Origin: Candidatus Methylomirabilia bacterium | Lineage (GTDB): Bacteria > Methylomirabilota > Methylomirabilia > Rokubacteriales > CSP1-6 | NCBI GenBank assembly: GCA_046758965.1 | Contig: JBHIBG010000021.1 | Span: 1 to 35,973 of the forward strand | Direction of reading: 5' to 3' | DNA length: 35,973 nucleotides | In this document: positions 34,077-35,973 of the stretch, one piece after another | Numbering within the stretch: position 1 is the stretch's first letter | Layout of the letters: each line of letters starts with the position of its first letter | Notes under the pieces: model-generated | Seen by the model: the letters and a program-made list of their open reading frames with translations, nothing else | Databases searched by the model: none | What the model was told of the DNA's origin: nothing | Position numbers and translations under genes: made by a program

Positions 34077-35591
34077 TCACCGCGAAGTCATCATATACGC
34101 CACGAGGGCCCTCAGCTGGTCATCCGTCAGCCCTAAGGTCGGCACGATGGGGTGAGTGTCCACAGTTCCGCTGCCGCCCCGAAGCCAGAAGAGCAGATGG
34201 TCAGGCTTCAGACGCTCCCCGACCCGGCTGAGATCAGGGCCCTCGAACTTGGCGGCGGTGGGACCGCTCCGGCTGGGTCCTCCCCCGCGATGGCACGAGG
34301 CGCAATTCCAGGTGCTATAGAGTGCCCTCCCCTCCTCCACCATTTTACGTGGAGCTGGGCTGCGCCACCACTGAGCCATGTTGGGCATTTTCTGGCTCAT
34401 GAGAAAGGCGGCGATGGCCTCCGCCTCCTGGCGGGAGAGCTTGAAATCCGGCATCCTCGCCGGGGCGCCGATGATATACCCGACGGGACGGATCCGCGTG
34501 GGGTTCAGGAGAAAGTCGACCAGCCACTCGCCACGCACCCGACTCCCCTGGTGAGCCAGGGGCGGCGCCACCTCATGACGCTCGTGCATCCGACCGACGT
34601 CGTGGCACCCCGCGCAGTTCAGGTTCTGCATCAGCGCCCACCCATCTCCCGTTGTGACATCCGGGTGCCGCTTCCTAGCCTCGGCATAGCGCGGCGAGTT
34701 CGTCTCAGGCCCCAGATTCAGCAGATAGTCCCGCAGGGCAATAATTTGCCGCTCTTCGTCCCCCCCGAGGATGTCGTCCGGGCCGGACTCGGCGTCAGAG
34801 AAATAGGTTGGCATCTTTGTTCCCTGCTGGATCCGCTGGGGGTCCATGAGCCAGCGCACGATCCACTCTGGTCGCAAGCGGCTCCTCGCCAGAGTCAGGT
34901 CTGGAGCCCACTCCTCAGGGTCTCCCTGTGGTTTCCTGTCACCGACCTCGTGGCATTTGAAGCAGTCGAGGTACTCTTCCGAGGCGAGCCGGACCCCCAC
35001 CTCGAGGTCCTCCCGGGGGGTCTGGGCTCGATATCGCCCGCGAAGGGGAGGCAGCGACCTGCTGCGCAGGTCCGTCACGATGTGGTCGGTAAGGGCGAGC
35101 GCTTCGCGCTCCGAAAATCGGAAGTTCGGCATTCGAGCGCTTATCGATGGCCGGATCCGGTGCGGCCCTTTCAGGAAATCGAAGAGCCACTCAGGTTTGA
35201 CCTTGTCACCCTCGAAGCTGAGGTCTGGGGCTATTGCGTGGTGACCGCCGTGGTGTTCGTGCTTGATCTCCTCCGAGACCAGGTGGCAGGCGTTACAGTG
35301 CAACTCAACGACGAGCTGCCTTCCTCGCTCCTCCAGCGGAGCGCCGTGGGGTCTATGTTCCGCATGCCCCTCCATTCGGTGGTCGGCATGGTCCCCCCCG
35401 TGCCCGCGGTGATCGGGGAGGGCCCCGTGGGCCTCCTGCCCACTATGCCCCTGTTCTCTTTGCTCCCGGTGCCCGGCCGATCCGGGTTGTCGCTCATGCC
35501 CACTTGCGCCAGAGGACAGGAGAAGCCCAGCTGCCCCGATGAGAAGGAAGAGAAGGAAACAGCGCCACCATGGTCCCGTATCCCACCCCAT
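34077..35591 (-). CDS. Periplasmic tetraheme cytochrome c with His-rich N-terminal segment
   Basis: GGGAGG RBS before ATG at 35591, signal peptide. CNACH, CFKCH, CAGCH and CASCH lie in four repeated units of the form CxxCH...P.L...G.R.R.EW...P...MP. Confidence 0.9.
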   Translation of the reverse strand: MGWDTGPWWRCFLLFLLIGAAGLLLSSGASGHERQPGSAGHREQREQGHSGQEAHGALPDHRGHGGDHADHRMEGHAEHRPHGAPLEERGRQLVVELHCNACHLVSEEIKHEHHGGHHAIAPDLSFEGDKVKPEWLFDFLKGPHRIRPSISARMPNFRFSEREALALTDHIVTDLRSRSLPPLRGRYRAQTPREDLEVGVRLASEEYLDCFKCHEVGDRKPQGDPEEWAPDLTLARSRLRPEWIVRWLMDPQRIQQGTKMPTYFSDAESGPDDILGGDEERQIIALRDYLLNLGPETNSPRYAEARKRHPDVTTGDGWALMQNLNCAGCHDVGRMHERHEVAPPLAHQGSRVRGEWLVDFLLNPTRIRPVGYIIGAPARMPDFKLSRQEAEAIAAFLMSQKMPNMAQWWRSPAPRKMVEEGRALYSTWNCASCHRGGGPSRSGPTAAKFEGPDLSRVGERLKPDHLLFWLRGGSGTVDTHPIVPTLGLTDDQLRALVAYMMTSR

Positions 35592-35690
35592 CGCATCCTC
35601 CCTAATAGGGCTCCAAGAATTCACCCTCACCGCCAGATAACGAAACCCAGCGGCTTGCTTCGCGGCTCGTGACCCACGAGGCCGCGGAGA

Positions 35691-35706
35691 AGCACGGCCG
35701 TTGCCA
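35691..35706 (-). promoter_or_regulatory. Possible sigma54 promoter
   Basis: Minus strand TGGCAACGGCCGTGCT has GG-N10-GC spacing with two mismatches, 100 bp before the tetraheme cytochrome start. Confidence 0.45.
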
Positions 35707-35973
35707 GGACGCACGGCTCGCCCACCAGAGGCGTCACGTCTTCATTCCAGAATGCCTGCCGCTGGCTAGAGTCGTAAATTCCTCAGAGGTTGACCTGCGA
35801 GGGCTACGAAGGGCTACTGGGCGGTAGCCGAAAGGAGTAGGGAGGTATAGCCGAAGTTAAGCGCCCTCTGCTTCGGTGCCCGCGGGAGGCAAAGCGCTCG
35901 TGAGGGGGTGTTGTCGACCCAGATCACTCTCGAAGCTGACTATGTGGTGCGAGTGGTGGTGGACCTGGCAAAT

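Noticed and set aside
1..35973. CRISPR arrays, tRNA/rRNA genes, transposases or integrases
   Set aside because: None recognised by eye; the repeats found are diverged paralogous duplications. Small ncRNAs cannot be excluded without a covariance-model search.

Overview
GC-rich bacterial window in which every credible gene lies on the minus strand. Its core (about 5.3-24.5 kb) is an apparently sigma54-driven periplasmic electron-transfer cluster. It encodes an outer-membrane beta-barrel, an FG-GAP/VCBS protein, three proteins with type-1 copper ligand sets, four cytochromes c (three with ethylbenzene-dehydrogenase-gamma/DOMON-like domains) and a lone CydA-like ('bd-like') subunit with no CydB. 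An embedded FAD-oxidoreductase/GT-C/spermidine-synthase-like cassette sits in the middle, and no molybdoenzyme catalytic subunit is present. Upstream lie an NtrB/NtrC-like pair, Mrp/ApbC plus a Zn-ribbon/PCP_red protein, a NarX/NarL-like pair, a decayed duplicate of the operon's 5' end, a partial mrp duplicate and a His-rich tetraheme cytochrome c. Two near-consensus sigma54 promoters share a duplicated enhancer with tandem palindromes. Downstream are an MBL-fold hydrolase, a Fe3+/PotA-type ABC transporter and a methylmalonyl-CoA mutase remnant. All calls come from motif reading without database searches. A Methylomirabilota/Nitrospirota/Tectomicrobia-like origin is only an impression.
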